Notes under the pieces: model-generated
Told to the model about the DNA's origin: nothing
Databases searched by the model: none
The model's input: only the letters and a program-made list of their open reading frames with translations
Origin: Candidatus Woesearchaeota archaeon
Lineage (GTDB): Archaea; Nanobdellota; Nanobdellia; Woesearchaeales; GW2011-AR4
Assembly: GCA_016187465.1 (NCBI GenBank)
Contig: JACPJQ010000005.1
Span: forward strand, 163,183-227,182
Reading direction: 5' to 3'
DNA length: 64,000 nt
Made by a program: the position numbers and the translations under genes
In this document: one piece after another, positions 1 to 9,580 of the stretch
How positions within the stretch are numbered: the stretch's first letter is position 1
How the letters are laid out: each line of letters starts with the position of its first letter

Positions 1-1325
1 TTTTTGACAATATTAGTTGGAACATCCAGAACAAAAATATTTTTATCAATCAATTGTATTTTTTTAGTGCCTTCGACCAATGCTCCTCCTTCTTCAACTC
101 TAGGTTTGGTAAACCCCTCTTGGGCTGCGATTTTTAATACATTATCAGCATTAACACCAAGTTTGCTTTCTGCATTCTTAAATTCTGCACCAGTCAACTC
201 GAGAATTTTGCCTTCCTTTGTTGTGTAAGTTACTTTTTCTATATCATACTGGTCGTTTACTTTTTTAAAATTGGTAGTTATTTTAGTTTTATCCTCTAAT
301 GTCAGGACATCGACTCTTGTAGGATTTGGGGTATTAACATTTGAAATAGTAGACACCATAACACTTTTATCCTGATTTAAAGTTGTAGTAACTTCTCTTG
401 TTGGTTGGACATTATTTGGGTATAAATCTTTAAATCGACTATTAGAAATAATCTCCCTAACGCCTCCATTAATTGGATATTTTGTAAAAGTGTCTTCATA
501 TGTTTTGCCATAGTTTGTCCAATCAACTTTTTCTAGAAGATTTTTATCAATAAGTTTCGTCGTTGGGTCGCCACTTGTAGATTCTCGAGTTATCTTAATA
601 TTATTATCTTCTGGAACAACTGTGATAAGTGCTCCATTTTTTGTGAAAGCAGTTAATTCACTTCCTTTTGTTCCTGCTGTACCAGTGCCTCCGCTATCTG
701 CGTTATTTACAACACGGCAAGCATCACCTTTGCAAACCCAAGAATTTTTTGGAGGTAGCTCTTTTGGAAAATCATTATTTCTATTAGGTTGGCAATCTTT
801 TGACTTTTCCTTGCAATAAAGGTTGTTCTTGCCGTTATTTGTCGTCATACTAACAGTATTAAACCCACTCACCATCTCCATCCCAGTAACATCTCCAGTA
901 ATTTGATTTGGAGTTAATTGCTTATTTTCTTCCTCATCACCAGCCTCGCTTTCAGGCAGTCCGGTAAATGTTCTGTCGAATTTGATTGTTCCGTCTGCAT
1001 CTACAACAAGCAAGCCATTCTGCTCCTCTGGATTTTGTATTTTAATCCATATAGGAATGTAAGAGCTGAAGCTGTCAAGATAGAAAACATATCCGTTTCT
1101 TATCTGATACCATCCCTCATTTAACTGGCTTAATTCCTTGATGCTGTCAATGTAGATAATCTGCAGATTGAACTCCTGATTATTGATTGCTGTTTCTTTA
1201 ACAACATTTCCAGTTATTGAGTTTTCATAATAAACGCTTGCAGCCAATATCGAAGACAGCAGCGCTATGATTACAATAAAGCTTACTATTCCTTTTGGAA
1301 TTTTGTTGATTTGCTTATTTTTCAT
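1..1325 (-). CDS. Secreted/membrane-anchored hypothetical protein (N-terminus in window, C-terminus beyond the left edge)
   Basis: Absent from the ORF track because there is no stop in the window. I checked every minus-strand codon in the frame of the ATG at 1325-1323 and found no stop down to position 3 (441 codons). It begins MKNKQINKIPKGIVSFIVIIALLSSILAASVYYENSITGNVV, a basic N-terminus plus one hydrophobic helix. The plus-strand ORFs at 4-228, 622-819 and 918-1124 are antisense shadows. Confidence 0.75.
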   Translation of the reverse strand, partial: MKNKQINKIPKGIVSFIVIIALLSSILAASVYYENSITGNVVKETAINNQEFNLQIIYIDSIKELSQLNEGWYQIRNGYVFYLDSFSSYIPIWIKIQNPEEQNGLLVVDADGTIKFDRTFTGLPESEAGDEEENKQLTPNQITGDVTGMEMVSGFNTVSMTTNNGKNNLYCKEKSKDCQPNRNNDFPKELPPKNSWVCKGDACRVVNNADSGGTGTAGTKGSELTAFTKNGALITVVPEDNNIKITRESTSGDPTTKLIDKNLLEKVDWTNYGKTYEDTFTKYPINGGVREIISNSRFKDLYPNNVQPTREVTTTLNQDKSVMVSTISNVNTPNPTRVDVLTLEDKTKITTNFKKVNDQYDIEKVTYTTKEGKILELTGAEFKNAESKLGVNADNVLKIAAQEGFTKPRVEEGGALVEGTKKIQLIDKNIFVLDVPTNIVK

Positions 1326-1605
1326 TGTTATGCGAAAGTATTATATAATAGGTAAATACTTTAGTATAATATCTGCTAATGGTACAGTACCTTGAGTGCT
1401 TGTCATTGGCGGGTTTTTCTAAATACTTCATTGATTTCATTTTTAATGTCAGGATTTTTTATATCTGATTGAGTGTTTCATTTTTTTTTGGTTTATATTT
1501 TTATTTTAGTTATCATGTTTTTTGCTGATGTTCAATTGTTGATGAATTTGTTCTATGGAAAGGTTTAAATAACCAGTCGTGCTTGGTATGTAAAGAGGCG
1601 CTAAA

Positions 1606-1863
1606 ATGCCGTCATTGCAGTTATCCAAGGTATCGGAAGAAAGCATGAGGGAGTTTCCCGAAGTAGACTGGTCTATGGTGGCTGAAGAAGCTATAAAAGC
1701 CAGGGCATTTGAACTTAAACTTTCCAGGTCAAAGGAACTGCAGAGGGCGTTACTTGAGGCATTGGCATCTAAAAGCAAGTTTACAGAAAAGGATGCTTTA
1801 GAGTTTGGAAGGAAAGTTAATGAGGGTATTTCTAGGGAACTTAAGGAGAAGGGCTTATTATAA
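1606..1863 (+). CDS. Putative antitoxin partner of the downstream PIN protein
   Basis: 85-aa charged helical ORF ending 12 nt before the PIN gene. The assignment rests on position and size only. Confidence 0.5.
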   Translation: MPSLQLSKVSEESMREFPEVDWSMVAEEAIKARAFELKLSRSKELQRALLEALASKSKFTEKDALEFGRKVNEGISRELKEKGLL

Positions 1864-1875
1864 ATAGACTCAAAA

Positions 1876-2292
1876 ATGAGGTTAGTGATAGATGCGAATC
1901 GGCTTTTTTCAGTGATAATAGGCAAAAGATTGGATTCGGCTGCAATGAATATATTTTTCTCAAATGATGCTGAACTGTATGCGCCGTTTAGAATTTTGGC
2001 AGAGCTGGAGAACAATAGGGAAGAGATAAGACTGAAATCAGGATTTTCACATGAAGATTTTGATAATTTTGTCAGCGTTATAAAATTAAGGATTAAATTC
2101 TTACCTTTGGAAGAGTTTATAGATGGGATATCTGAGGCTAAAATAATCTCTCCGCATTCAAAAGACATCGAGTATTTTGCTTTGGCGCTAAAATTAGACT
2201 GCAGCATATGGTCTGACGAAAATCTGCTTAAAGGGCAATCAGAAGTTAAGATTTTATTTACCAAAGAGCTTTTCAGGATTTTATTCCCGTAA
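1876..2292 (+). CDS. PIN-domain nuclease (VapC-like toxin)
   Basis: 138 aa. The N-terminus MRLVIDANRLF carries the first conserved Asp, with later acidic positions (DIEYFALALKL, SIWSDE). Size and two-gene layout are typical of PIN toxins. Confidence 0.65.
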   Translation: MRLVIDANRLFSVIIGKRLDSAAMNIFFSNDAELYAPFRILAELENNREEIRLKSGFSHEDFDNFVSVIKLRIKFLPLEEFIDGISEAKIISPHSKDIEYFALALKLDCSIWSDENLLKGQSEVKILFTKELFRILFP

Positions 2293-2329
2293 TGCAAAGT
2301 TTTTGTTCTTTTGCCCATTTTCTTATTTC

Positions 2330-5300
2330 TCACTTTTGCTTAACCTCGTTAAAGTTTGAAGTTTCGGTTGTTGGAGCGGTTGTCGTTTTTTTGTCTTCCA
2401 AGTCAAGCCTTGAGCAGTAATCCTGCCTTATGGTAAATCCTTCGTCTATTATGTTCTTGACGTTGCCCACAACTACACCTAGCTGATTGGCGAATCTGGC
2501 AGCTTCACATAGTGTCCACAAACTTAATCTGGATTCAGCATTTGTATTTGAGCATGTCCCATAGCAACCAACAGATATGGCAACACCAAGGGCGGCAAAT
2601 GGATTTGACAAAGATTCCTTTATGATTCCTAGGAAATGGTCGAGAACTGCTGTCCATGGAAAGACTGCAAATAGTTCCGTGTATATGTATTTACAAGTTG
2701 AATACGCCTTTAAGTCTTCACAAGTTGTAATTGGAATGCCGTCCTTGCTCACTGCATTTTCCAGGCAATCGGCATAAAGGCACTTAATCTGCCTGTATTT
2801 GTCCAAGCCGTAGATTATGCCGGGGATGCACTCGAATAAAGTTGCAACTATGAGATTATGCTGCGGGTCCATGTACTCACTTACCGGTCTTGGTTTGCCT
2901 CCGCTGTCAACAGATACTTCGTTGATATAATCATAAGTACCGGACTTGCCATCTGTTTTTGATCCAAGGTACTGTCCTGGACTGACTAAATATCCTGCTT
3001 GTCCAAGAGATTTAGTTGGATCATTTATCCAATTTTTTACAGCGTCTCCCCACAAAAATGACTGTTTGCAGGTTACAATGTCGCAAAATGTGTTCAATAT
3101 TTTAGCATTAGTCTGCGCAGCCACTCTTGCATGAGTTTGTGTCTGACAGCCTGCTATTGCAGTTGGCGTTATTGTAAAATAACCTAAGAATGTTTTTTGC
3201 GCAGTAACATCCCATATGCCCAGTATATATGCAACATTATAGAGAACTCCGACAATATTGTATATTGTATGAATAATCTGGCAAATCTTTTTCGCTATGT
3301 TGACGAGCTTGTTCAGGCTGCCGATTAATTTCCAGATTCCCTTGGCGTCATCCTTGGCATCATCAATTTTTTTCTGGACGTCAGCTCCAAGCTCGCCCAA
3401 CGGCAGATTGTAAAACCCGATGTTTATTCTTACGTTCTCTATCTCGGGATTTTTGGTTATGGAATTAGAGCTTCCCACTTTTGAGAAAATCTGAAGCGAG
3501 CAGCTTAAGCTTGCATTGTCAATCCTGAAATCATCTTTCCTGAGAGTTAATTTAATGACAGGGGAAGTGCTTCCGGTTTCTGTGTTGAAAGTGCCGATGC
3601 TGTCAGTGATTGATGTATCACCGGAGCAGCTTGCCTGGCCTATAAACACAGTTGAAACCTGTTTTGATGTTGATTTTGGCTGTAAACTGACGTGGCAGTA
3701 CACCCTTTGGTTTATCAGCGGTCCAAGGCTCCTGTCTATTGTCTTAGGCGAGCAGCTCACAACATTTGACCAGAAATCAGGAACAGTTGCATTTTCTAAT
3801 CCAAATGTCTGCAGCTGCTTTGCTGTTGTTATCTTGTTGCCGGCATTGTCGCTGAAATTAAAATTAACAGTGCCGCTAAACTGAAGATTTATTGAATCTG
3901 TAAGCCATGTGCATACGTGCTCGTCAGCTTGCTGTCTTTGGCACGAGCCTGCAACGCTAGAAGCGCCGTCAATGAACTTTGAAAAGTCAGCAACAGCAAA
4001 AACGTCATTGTCCTCTGTTACATTGGCAACAACTGCAATCTTGTCTCCAATCTTGAATAATCCGGAAAATGCAGGAATTATGCCGCCTACAGGGCTCATG
4101 TTCAGGCTTCTCAGGAATGGAGGTGAAGTGTCTACAACCACCTGAATGTCGGTGCCTATTCTCACAAAGTTTCCGAAAACATCAGTTGTGTCAGACTGTA
4201 TTGACATTTGATTTGAGGCGCCAAAGTTAACATTGTCCCAAACGCACGTCCAGCTTAAGTCCTTGCTGCATCTTGCCGCCCTGACTGCAGAATTGCCTAC
4301 ATGAAGTAGAACCTCGTTTGGATTCAATCCCGTAGCCTCATCAAAAACCGCAGTTATGGTGTTGCCAGTCGATGTTCCAAAAACCTGGATTTCAGTTGAA
4401 GTGGCAGTGGACAACGAAGTTACAACAGGCCCTTCATCATCAATAATCAGAAACTTGCTGATGGAAGCGCTTCCCCTGTTTCCTGAAGAATCAGAGGCAT
4501 TGACAAAAATAGTTTTCACTCCCTGCGTCTTGGGATTTAATTCAATCTGCCATCTGCAGGTGCTTACTCCGTCTAAGGAAGCAGCGCATGATGCCATAAC
4601 ATTCTTTAAGCCCTGGTCAGGGTTCAAGTCCGACAAATCTGCAGTCACAGAACTCAAGTCAAGGTCATTTCCTGATATGTCAACAACAACTTCAGCAGCA
4701 ACCCTGTTCGAAGAAAATGAGCCAATGCTTATATTGCTTCTCAAGATTTTAAACGTATCCGCCAATACAAGGGGCCTTGTAGTGTCTACATCGAAAGTCA
4801 CAGAAGTCTCTTCTGACGCTTGGCCAAATTTGTCGGTAGCTGTTGCAAAGACGGAGTTCATTCCGTCATTAAATATATTGGAATCAATAGTTATGGCCGA
4901 CACAATGCTGCAGTCATCTGCTGCCGGCTCGGCCTTTTGCCTGAAAACTCCGTCCAATGTGTAAAATTCAATGCTTTTTATCCCGACGCATTTGTCGCTG
5001 CATGAAGGGTCATTGCAGGCAAAATCAGTTGCAATGTAATCAACAATAACTTTCTCGTTTGACGAGAATTTTTCTTGAGGCGTGCTTAAAGTTATTTCAG
5101 GCTCTTTATTGTCAATTGTTATGCTACCGGATTTTGAATCATCAATAATGCCGTCATCATTAAAAAGATTGATTGTAAAAGGCAATGTCCTCGCATCAAA
5201 AGATTCAGTTCCGTTGTCTGGGAATCTCAGAGTGCAGTCATAGCCCCCGCTTGCAGATGCCGTACAGGTGTCAAACTGGATTCCCGGGTCACGCCCCAGC

Positions 5301-5515
5301 CTGACTTGGTTTGGAGTTATTGCATCATCGCTTATTAATGCATGTGCATTAAAAATCAAAAAGTCTGTCTCTTTTGCATAGCCCCCGATGCCGTCTCCTC
5401 CGCTGGCTGTGGCGCTGTCTATTGCAGCATATACACTTGTCACATAAAATGGAAGTGTCAGCACTAATGCTATCAAAAATGATGCAACAAAATGCAGGTA
5501 TTTTTCTCTGTTCAT
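2330..5515 (-). CDS. Giant secreted surface protein (1061 aa) with a Cys-rich, partly hydrophobic C-terminal domain
   Basis: Long uninterrupted ORF. Sec-type signal MNREKYLHFVASFLIALVLTLPFYVTSVYA/A, then about 650 aa of Thr/Ser/Asp/Val-rich beta-type sequence. The C-terminal ~350 aa has hydrophobic stretches (IVGVLYNVAYILGIW, ELFAVFPWTAVLDHFLGII) and many Cys. All plus-strand ORFs inside are shadows. Confidence 0.8.
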   Translation of the reverse strand: MNREKYLHFVASFLIALVLTLPFYVTSVYAAIDSATASGGDGIGGYAKETDFLIFNAHALISDDAITPNQVRLGRDPGIQFDTCTASASGGYDCTLRFPDNGTESFDARTLPFTINLFNDDGIIDDSKSGSITIDNKEPEITLSTPQEKFSSNEKVIVDYIATDFACNDPSCSDKCVGIKSIEFYTLDGVFRQKAEPAADDCSIVSAITIDSNIFNDGMNSVFATATDKFGQASEETSVTFDVDTTRPLVLADTFKILRSNISIGSFSSNRVAAEVVVDISGNDLDLSSVTADLSDLNPDQGLKNVMASCAASLDGVSTCRWQIELNPKTQGVKTIFVNASDSSGNRGSASISKFLIIDDEGPVVTSLSTATSTEIQVFGTSTGNTITAVFDEATGLNPNEVLLHVGNSAVRAARCSKDLSWTCVWDNVNFGASNQMSIQSDTTDVFGNFVRIGTDIQVVVDTSPPFLRSLNMSPVGGIIPAFSGLFKIGDKIAVVANVTEDNDVFAVADFSKFIDGASSVAGSCQRQQADEHVCTWLTDSINLQFSGTVNFNFSDNAGNKITTAKQLQTFGLENATVPDFWSNVVSCSPKTIDRSLGPLINQRVYCHVSLQPKSTSKQVSTVFIGQASCSGDTSITDSIGTFNTETGSTSPVIKLTLRKDDFRIDNASLSCSLQIFSKVGSSNSITKNPEIENVRINIGFYNLPLGELGADVQKKIDDAKDDAKGIWKLIGSLNKLVNIAKKICQIIHTIYNIVGVLYNVAYILGIWDVTAQKTFLGYFTITPTAIAGCQTQTHARVAAQTNAKILNTFCDIVTCKQSFLWGDAVKNWINDPTKSLGQAGYLVSPGQYLGSKTDGKSGTYDYINEVSVDSGGKPRPVSEYMDPQHNLIVATLFECIPGIIYGLDKYRQIKCLYADCLENAVSKDGIPITTCEDLKAYSTCKYIYTELFAVFPWTAVLDHFLGIIKESLSNPFAALGVAISVGCYGTCSNTNAESRLSLWTLCEAARFANQLGVVVGNVKNIIDEGFTIRQDYCSRLDLEDKKTTTAPTTETSNFNEVKQK

Positions 5516-5656
5516 TTTTCTTTAACTGCGATTAGCCTGTCAATTGTATACTGTCTTAGTGTAATTTGGTCTGAAGATGTCTTTCTGTAGCACTTAATGT
5601 CGTAAAATTCTGAAAAGTTTCTTTTCACAATCACTGCTGTTTTTGTGGTATTCATT

Positions 5657-7792
5657 TTAGCTGAACGTAGGCTGCAGCGCCATTTGGTATGTTTTTGAGT
5701 AGTAATCAATTTTGCCGATTTGGTTGGAATCCTGAATAACCCTTTGTTGCTCCGGAACATTTGCAATGTCAATGCTTACAACATAAAACACAACTGTATC
5801 GGACTTTTCAAGGTCTTCCGGGCTTATTGTAAAGTTCAGTTTTAGGCCTCCTTCGGGAAATTGCTCATCTCCTGATGCTTGTCTTTCGCCAAAATCTATT
5901 CTGGGAGTTTTTTGGCATTCCTTTCCGCCAAAAATTCCCTTTGCAAAGCAGATTTCCTTTTCAGGAATGACAATCTTTTGATTGAGGATCAGATTGCCCT
6001 CGGCAGTGTAAGTGCCAGGCGCAATCTCAGTCTCTTCAGCCTTTCCCTCATAATGCACAATAGAAGAAAATTCCAGCTCTGTGCCGTCGCTTACTCTTGT
6101 CAGTGTTATTGTAGCGGCTTCCTTGCTGTTTAAGTCAACTGCGTTGCTGGTAAACCTCCATCCCTGAGGTGTTTTGACAACATTTTTCTTTTTGACAACT
6201 GCCTTTTTTGTGTAAATCGGGTTTAGGCTAACCCTCAATGACGCATCAGCTTCTGCTTTAGCGTCAAATTCAACAGCTTTTCCTATATATTCCTCTCCAA
6301 GTATATTTGCAACACCCCCCACTGCAACAGGAAAGTTTTCATTTAGAATGCCGTCTCCGTTAGTTGATCCTATAAAACAGCTTTCCCCTGTGACTGTATA
6401 GAGAACCTGCGCGTCTTCAACAGGCTTTTTGTTAGCTGCATTGGCTACATTAACGCTTATGTTTCCGCTTGTCCTTGCATCGCAAAGCAATGACCTTTCG
6501 CTTAATGAAGCCCTTTCCAGTGGTGTAAAGTCGCCCGGCATTGGCTTGTTGTTTCTTATGTTCCCTTCTAAAAAGAAATTAAAGCTGTAGCCCTGCCCGT
6601 TTAATGCGTATGGATCCTGCACTTCGACCAAAACAGGGAACGACAGATCGTAAGTGAACCTGTAGGTTTGTATGCCAAAAAATGAGATAAGGCTGTTTGC
6701 AGAGCTCGGCTCACATTTGTTGCCGTTGCAGTTCATGTCAAAATACGCAGGCCAGAAGTCAAGGTATGTAAAGTAAGCTGCCAGGTTTTTGAAAGATTCA
6801 TTTGCTGCAGGTATTATTGTGGAATCATACAATCTTTGCTTTAGCTCTGATTTGAAAGTGTTTCTCTCGTAATTATAAGTTTTGTCAACCTGGAATAACG
6901 GAATGTAAGCTGCTAGCATTCCAATTATCTTGTTTCTCACATCTGTTTTCTGCCAGCTTATTGTTGAGCCAAATTTGAACTGCATTTCAGACATTGGCGG
7001 CAATTTTTCTTTGTTAACCCCGGAAAAAGCAACCAGCAGATTCAGCACATGCTTCTCAAGGTAGTGGTGTTTTATTTCAAGGTTTGTTATTTTTGTAGCC
7101 AAATCATAGATTTTATCAAGATTTACAGGCACTCTGACAAGGAACTGGCTTAGCTTTGCATTCACATCCTGCTTTTCCGCGCTTATCGGATAGTCAACGA
7201 CAACCATAACATCGTCAGTGGCAATCATAACATCTGTTTTCAGCTCCCCAGTCTCTGTTATTTTAAAGCCCTGCTCCAAAAACGGCTCAAAATTGTCTAT
7301 GCAATCCTTAAACTTTGAATTGATGTATCTTTCCAATTGCTTCTCTATTGAGTTGCCTGCCTGCCTCAGCTCGGGTCTTTTGGATGCAAATGTGCAGTCG
7401 CCTCTGCAGTTGTTCGCAGATTTCAGATACCACCAATAGGGAATTTTCAAGTCAGAGTCTTTTGCAAAGGAAACAGCGTCTGTTTCAGTCGGGTTTTGTG
7501 CCATCAAAAATTGCTCTGTGCTCAAAGCTTTGTTTGTCAGGCTGATGTAGCCGCCCTGTTTCCCTATGATTTTGAGCCCCTCAACTCCCAAAGAATAAGC
7601 GCAGTCATTTGCATACTTCCTTACAGGATCAAACTCCACAGGGATTTGCTCTTCAACAATTTTTATTTCAGGCTCAATGTCATTCTGGACTTTTTTGGTT
7701 GTGTAAAAAAACAAGATTCCCCCCATTAAGATGATTAAGCCCGCTATCATGAAGATTGTTGTTTGTGATTTTTTGTTTGATTTATCTTTCAT
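5657..7792 (-). CDS. Surface protein (711 aa) with pilin-like N-terminal anchor; its N-domain is paralogous to 11128-11898
   Basis: N-terminus MKDKSNKKSQTTIFMIAGLIILMGGILFFY (basic, then a hydrophobic helix). Blocks shared with the 256-aa protein: C....G......G..GGY, VDYPI, F..RVPV.LD.IYD.A..I. Confidence 0.8.
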   Translation of the reverse strand: MKDKSNKKSQTTIFMIAGLIILMGGILFFYTTKKVQNDIEPEIKIVEEQIPVEFDPVRKYANDCAYSLGVEGLKIIGKQGGYISLTNKALSTEQFLMAQNPTETDAVSFAKDSDLKIPYWWYLKSANNCRGDCTFASKRPELRQAGNSIEKQLERYINSKFKDCIDNFEPFLEQGFKITETGELKTDVMIATDDVMVVVDYPISAEKQDVNAKLSQFLVRVPVNLDKIYDLATKITNLEIKHHYLEKHVLNLLVAFSGVNKEKLPPMSEMQFKFGSTISWQKTDVRNKIIGMLAAYIPLFQVDKTYNYERNTFKSELKQRLYDSTIIPAANESFKNLAAYFTYLDFWPAYFDMNCNGNKCEPSSANSLISFFGIQTYRFTYDLSFPVLVEVQDPYALNGQGYSFNFFLEGNIRNNKPMPGDFTPLERASLSERSLLCDARTSGNISVNVANAANKKPVEDAQVLYTVTGESCFIGSTNGDGILNENFPVAVGGVANILGEEYIGKAVEFDAKAEADASLRVSLNPIYTKKAVVKKKNVVKTPQGWRFTSNAVDLNSKEAATITLTRVSDGTELEFSSIVHYEGKAEETEIAPGTYTAEGNLILNQKIVIPEKEICFAKGIFGGKECQKTPRIDFGERQASGDEQFPEGGLKLNFTISPEDLEKSDTVVFYVVSIDIANVPEQQRVIQDSNQIGKIDYYSKTYQMALQPTFS

Positions 7793-7919
7793 TTTTGGCT
7801 TTCGTATTGTTTTTAGCTAATTTGAAATTAATTTTATCATTTATTTTGTTTTTTATTGATTGGGTTTTTGATTATTGCATTTTGATAACGTTTTATTGAA
7901 ATTTTTGTTTGATGGGTTT

Positions 7920-8093
7920 TTAATTTCTTTTGTCCAGCTCCTGCAGCTCTTTTTGTATCAGTTCCAGATCATACATCTTCTGCTCCATAAGTTCCCTGGC
8001 CAGCATTGATTTTTTCTTGCCTAATTTCTTAGAAACTCTTTCGAGCAGGTCGTTGATTTCCTTAGATACGGTAATCCTAATTTGTATACTCAT
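7920..8093 (-). CDS. Small ribbon-helix-helix (CopG/Arc-like) DNA-binding protein, 57 aa
   Basis: Below the 60-aa cut-off of the ORF track. My translation is MSIQIRITVSKEINDLLERVSKKLGKKKSMLARELMEQKMYDLELIQKELQELDKRN*, which has a strand-helix-helix pattern. A 15-bp perfect palindrome lies 14 nt upstream. Confidence 0.5.
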   Translation of the reverse strand: MSIQIRITVSKEINDLLERVSKKLGKKKSMLARELMEQKMYDLELIQKELQELDKRN

Positions 8094-8329
8094 TTTTATC
8101 CTAATATATACTTTAAGTATACTATTTTTAGTATTAATATTTAAAGGTTTCTATAATAAAATCAGTAAATTTATACTAAATTCAGCATAAATTAGGGATA
8201 TAATAGAATATTATATACATTATTAAGTATAAATTAAGTATTAATAAAGAATTTATAAAGTATATCTAATTTTAGCATGGTGATAAAAAACAATAATCTT
8301 TAAATAGAATCTGTGTTAAATAATTGCCG

Positions 8330-9535
8330 ATGGTTCAAAAGAGTCTGATAGATTATGTCAAAAGCCTTATCCAGAAAGGATATGATGCCGCTGCCATAAA
8401 AAATTTCTTGCTGAAGTACGGCTATTCAGGCAAAGAGATTGATGACGCAATAAATTCAAGCTACAAGCTGACAGTAAAGCACGAAATTCATTTGTCACGA
8501 ACAACAACTTTGGTTGTCATATTTATTGTTGCTTCGCTGATTGGAGTTGTGTCATTCTTTTACTACAGCCCTTCAAAGTCCGCAAAATTGCTTGACTTGA
8601 ACTTAGAGCCGATAACGACAACTGCAGAGCCCGGACAACAAATTGTTTTTCTAAAAGAGCTCTCCAACTTGGGCTCGGCAAAAAGGTACGATGTGGTAAT
8701 CAGGCAGGAAATCATAGACACTAAAACTAATAAAATCATAACTCAAAAAACCGAGACTCGGGCAATAGAGACATTTGGCTCAACCCAGACAAAAATTTTG
8801 ATTCCGCAGGATGCAAAAGCAGGCGATTATATCTTAAGGGCAATTGTGGAGTATGATGATAAGAAAGCAGTTGCTACACTTCCTGTAAAGATTGTCACAT
8901 TCGCAAAAGCAGAGACGTGCTTTGACAGCATGAAAAACCAGAATGAGGAAGGAGTTGACTGTGGAGGAGCGTGCAAGCCTTGCGAAAACCAAGCCATAGA
9001 ATGCAACGACAATGACCCTTGCACAGATGACATAGAAGAGAATGGTGTTTGTGCGAACAAGCCAATAGTGCCTTGCTGCGGCAACAGCGTTTGCGAGGAG
9101 CTGGAAAATTGCGATGCGGACTGCAAAAAACAAGAGCCATTGCCTTTGTTTTCAAGCGGAACCCTTGATGACATAAAAGAGCTTGCAAAAGTCAATCCGG
9201 GCAAGGCTTTGCAGCAATGTAGCCAAATAGAAGTGCCTGACTTGAAGGATGCGTGCATTGGTAGCATAGGTGAAGCGCAGCTCGACAAAGATTACTGCAC
9301 TAGGATAAGCAATGCGAGAGTAAAGGATTTGTGCTATTCTAATATAGCCAAGAACGTCAATGACAACACGCTTTGCCAATATATATCAACAGACAGCAGG
9401 AAAGACTCCTGCTACATGACATTTGTTCTGGACAACAAGGATTACTCTGTATGCAACAAAATATCAAACAAGCAGCTCAGGCAGTCCTGTGAGTCACTGA
9501 AGCAGCTGAACGAGATAAGCCAGCAGAATCAGTGA
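8330..9535 (+). CDS. Single-pass membrane protein with Cys-rich extracellular domain
   Basis: The track ORF starts at TTG 8324; the ATG at 8330 gives MVQKSLIDYVKSLIQKGYD. One TM helix (TTLVVIFIVASLIGVVSFFYY). It has a GVDCGGACKPC motif and many Cys in repeated D.CY......LC units in the C-terminal half. Confidence 0.75.
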   Translation: MVQKSLIDYVKSLIQKGYDAAAIKNFLLKYGYSGKEIDDAINSSYKLTVKHEIHLSRTTTLVVIFIVASLIGVVSFFYYSPSKSAKLLDLNLEPITTTAEPGQQIVFLKELSNLGSAKRYDVVIRQEIIDTKTNKIITQKTETRAIETFGSTQTKILIPQDAKAGDYILRAIVEYDDKKAVATLPVKIVTFAKAETCFDSMKNQNEEGVDCGGACKPCENQAIECNDNDPCTDDIEENGVCANKPIVPCCGNSVCEELENCDADCKKQEPLPLFSSGTLDDIKELAKVNPGKALQQCSQIEVPDLKDACIGSIGEAQLDKDYCTRISNARVKDLCYSNIAKNVNDNTLCQYISTDSRKDSCYMTFVLDNKDYSVCNKISNKQLRQSCESLKQLNEISQQNQ

Positions 9536-9580
9536 TAAGAATAGCAATTAAGTATTATGCACTAGTTTAGACAATTTAAA

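Noticed and set aside
1506-2333. 275-aa minus-strand ORF, the longest ORF in this interval
   Set aside because: It is low-complexity Ser/Leu/Asn-rich sequence lying exactly antisense to a well-formed antitoxin/PIN gene pair with recognisable PIN motifs. I treat it as an antisense shadow.
5512-5772. 86-aa minus-strand ORF spanning the junction between the 711-aa and 1061-aa genes
   Set aside because: It overlaps the 3' end of the 711-aa gene in another frame and has an implausible composition, with no independent support.
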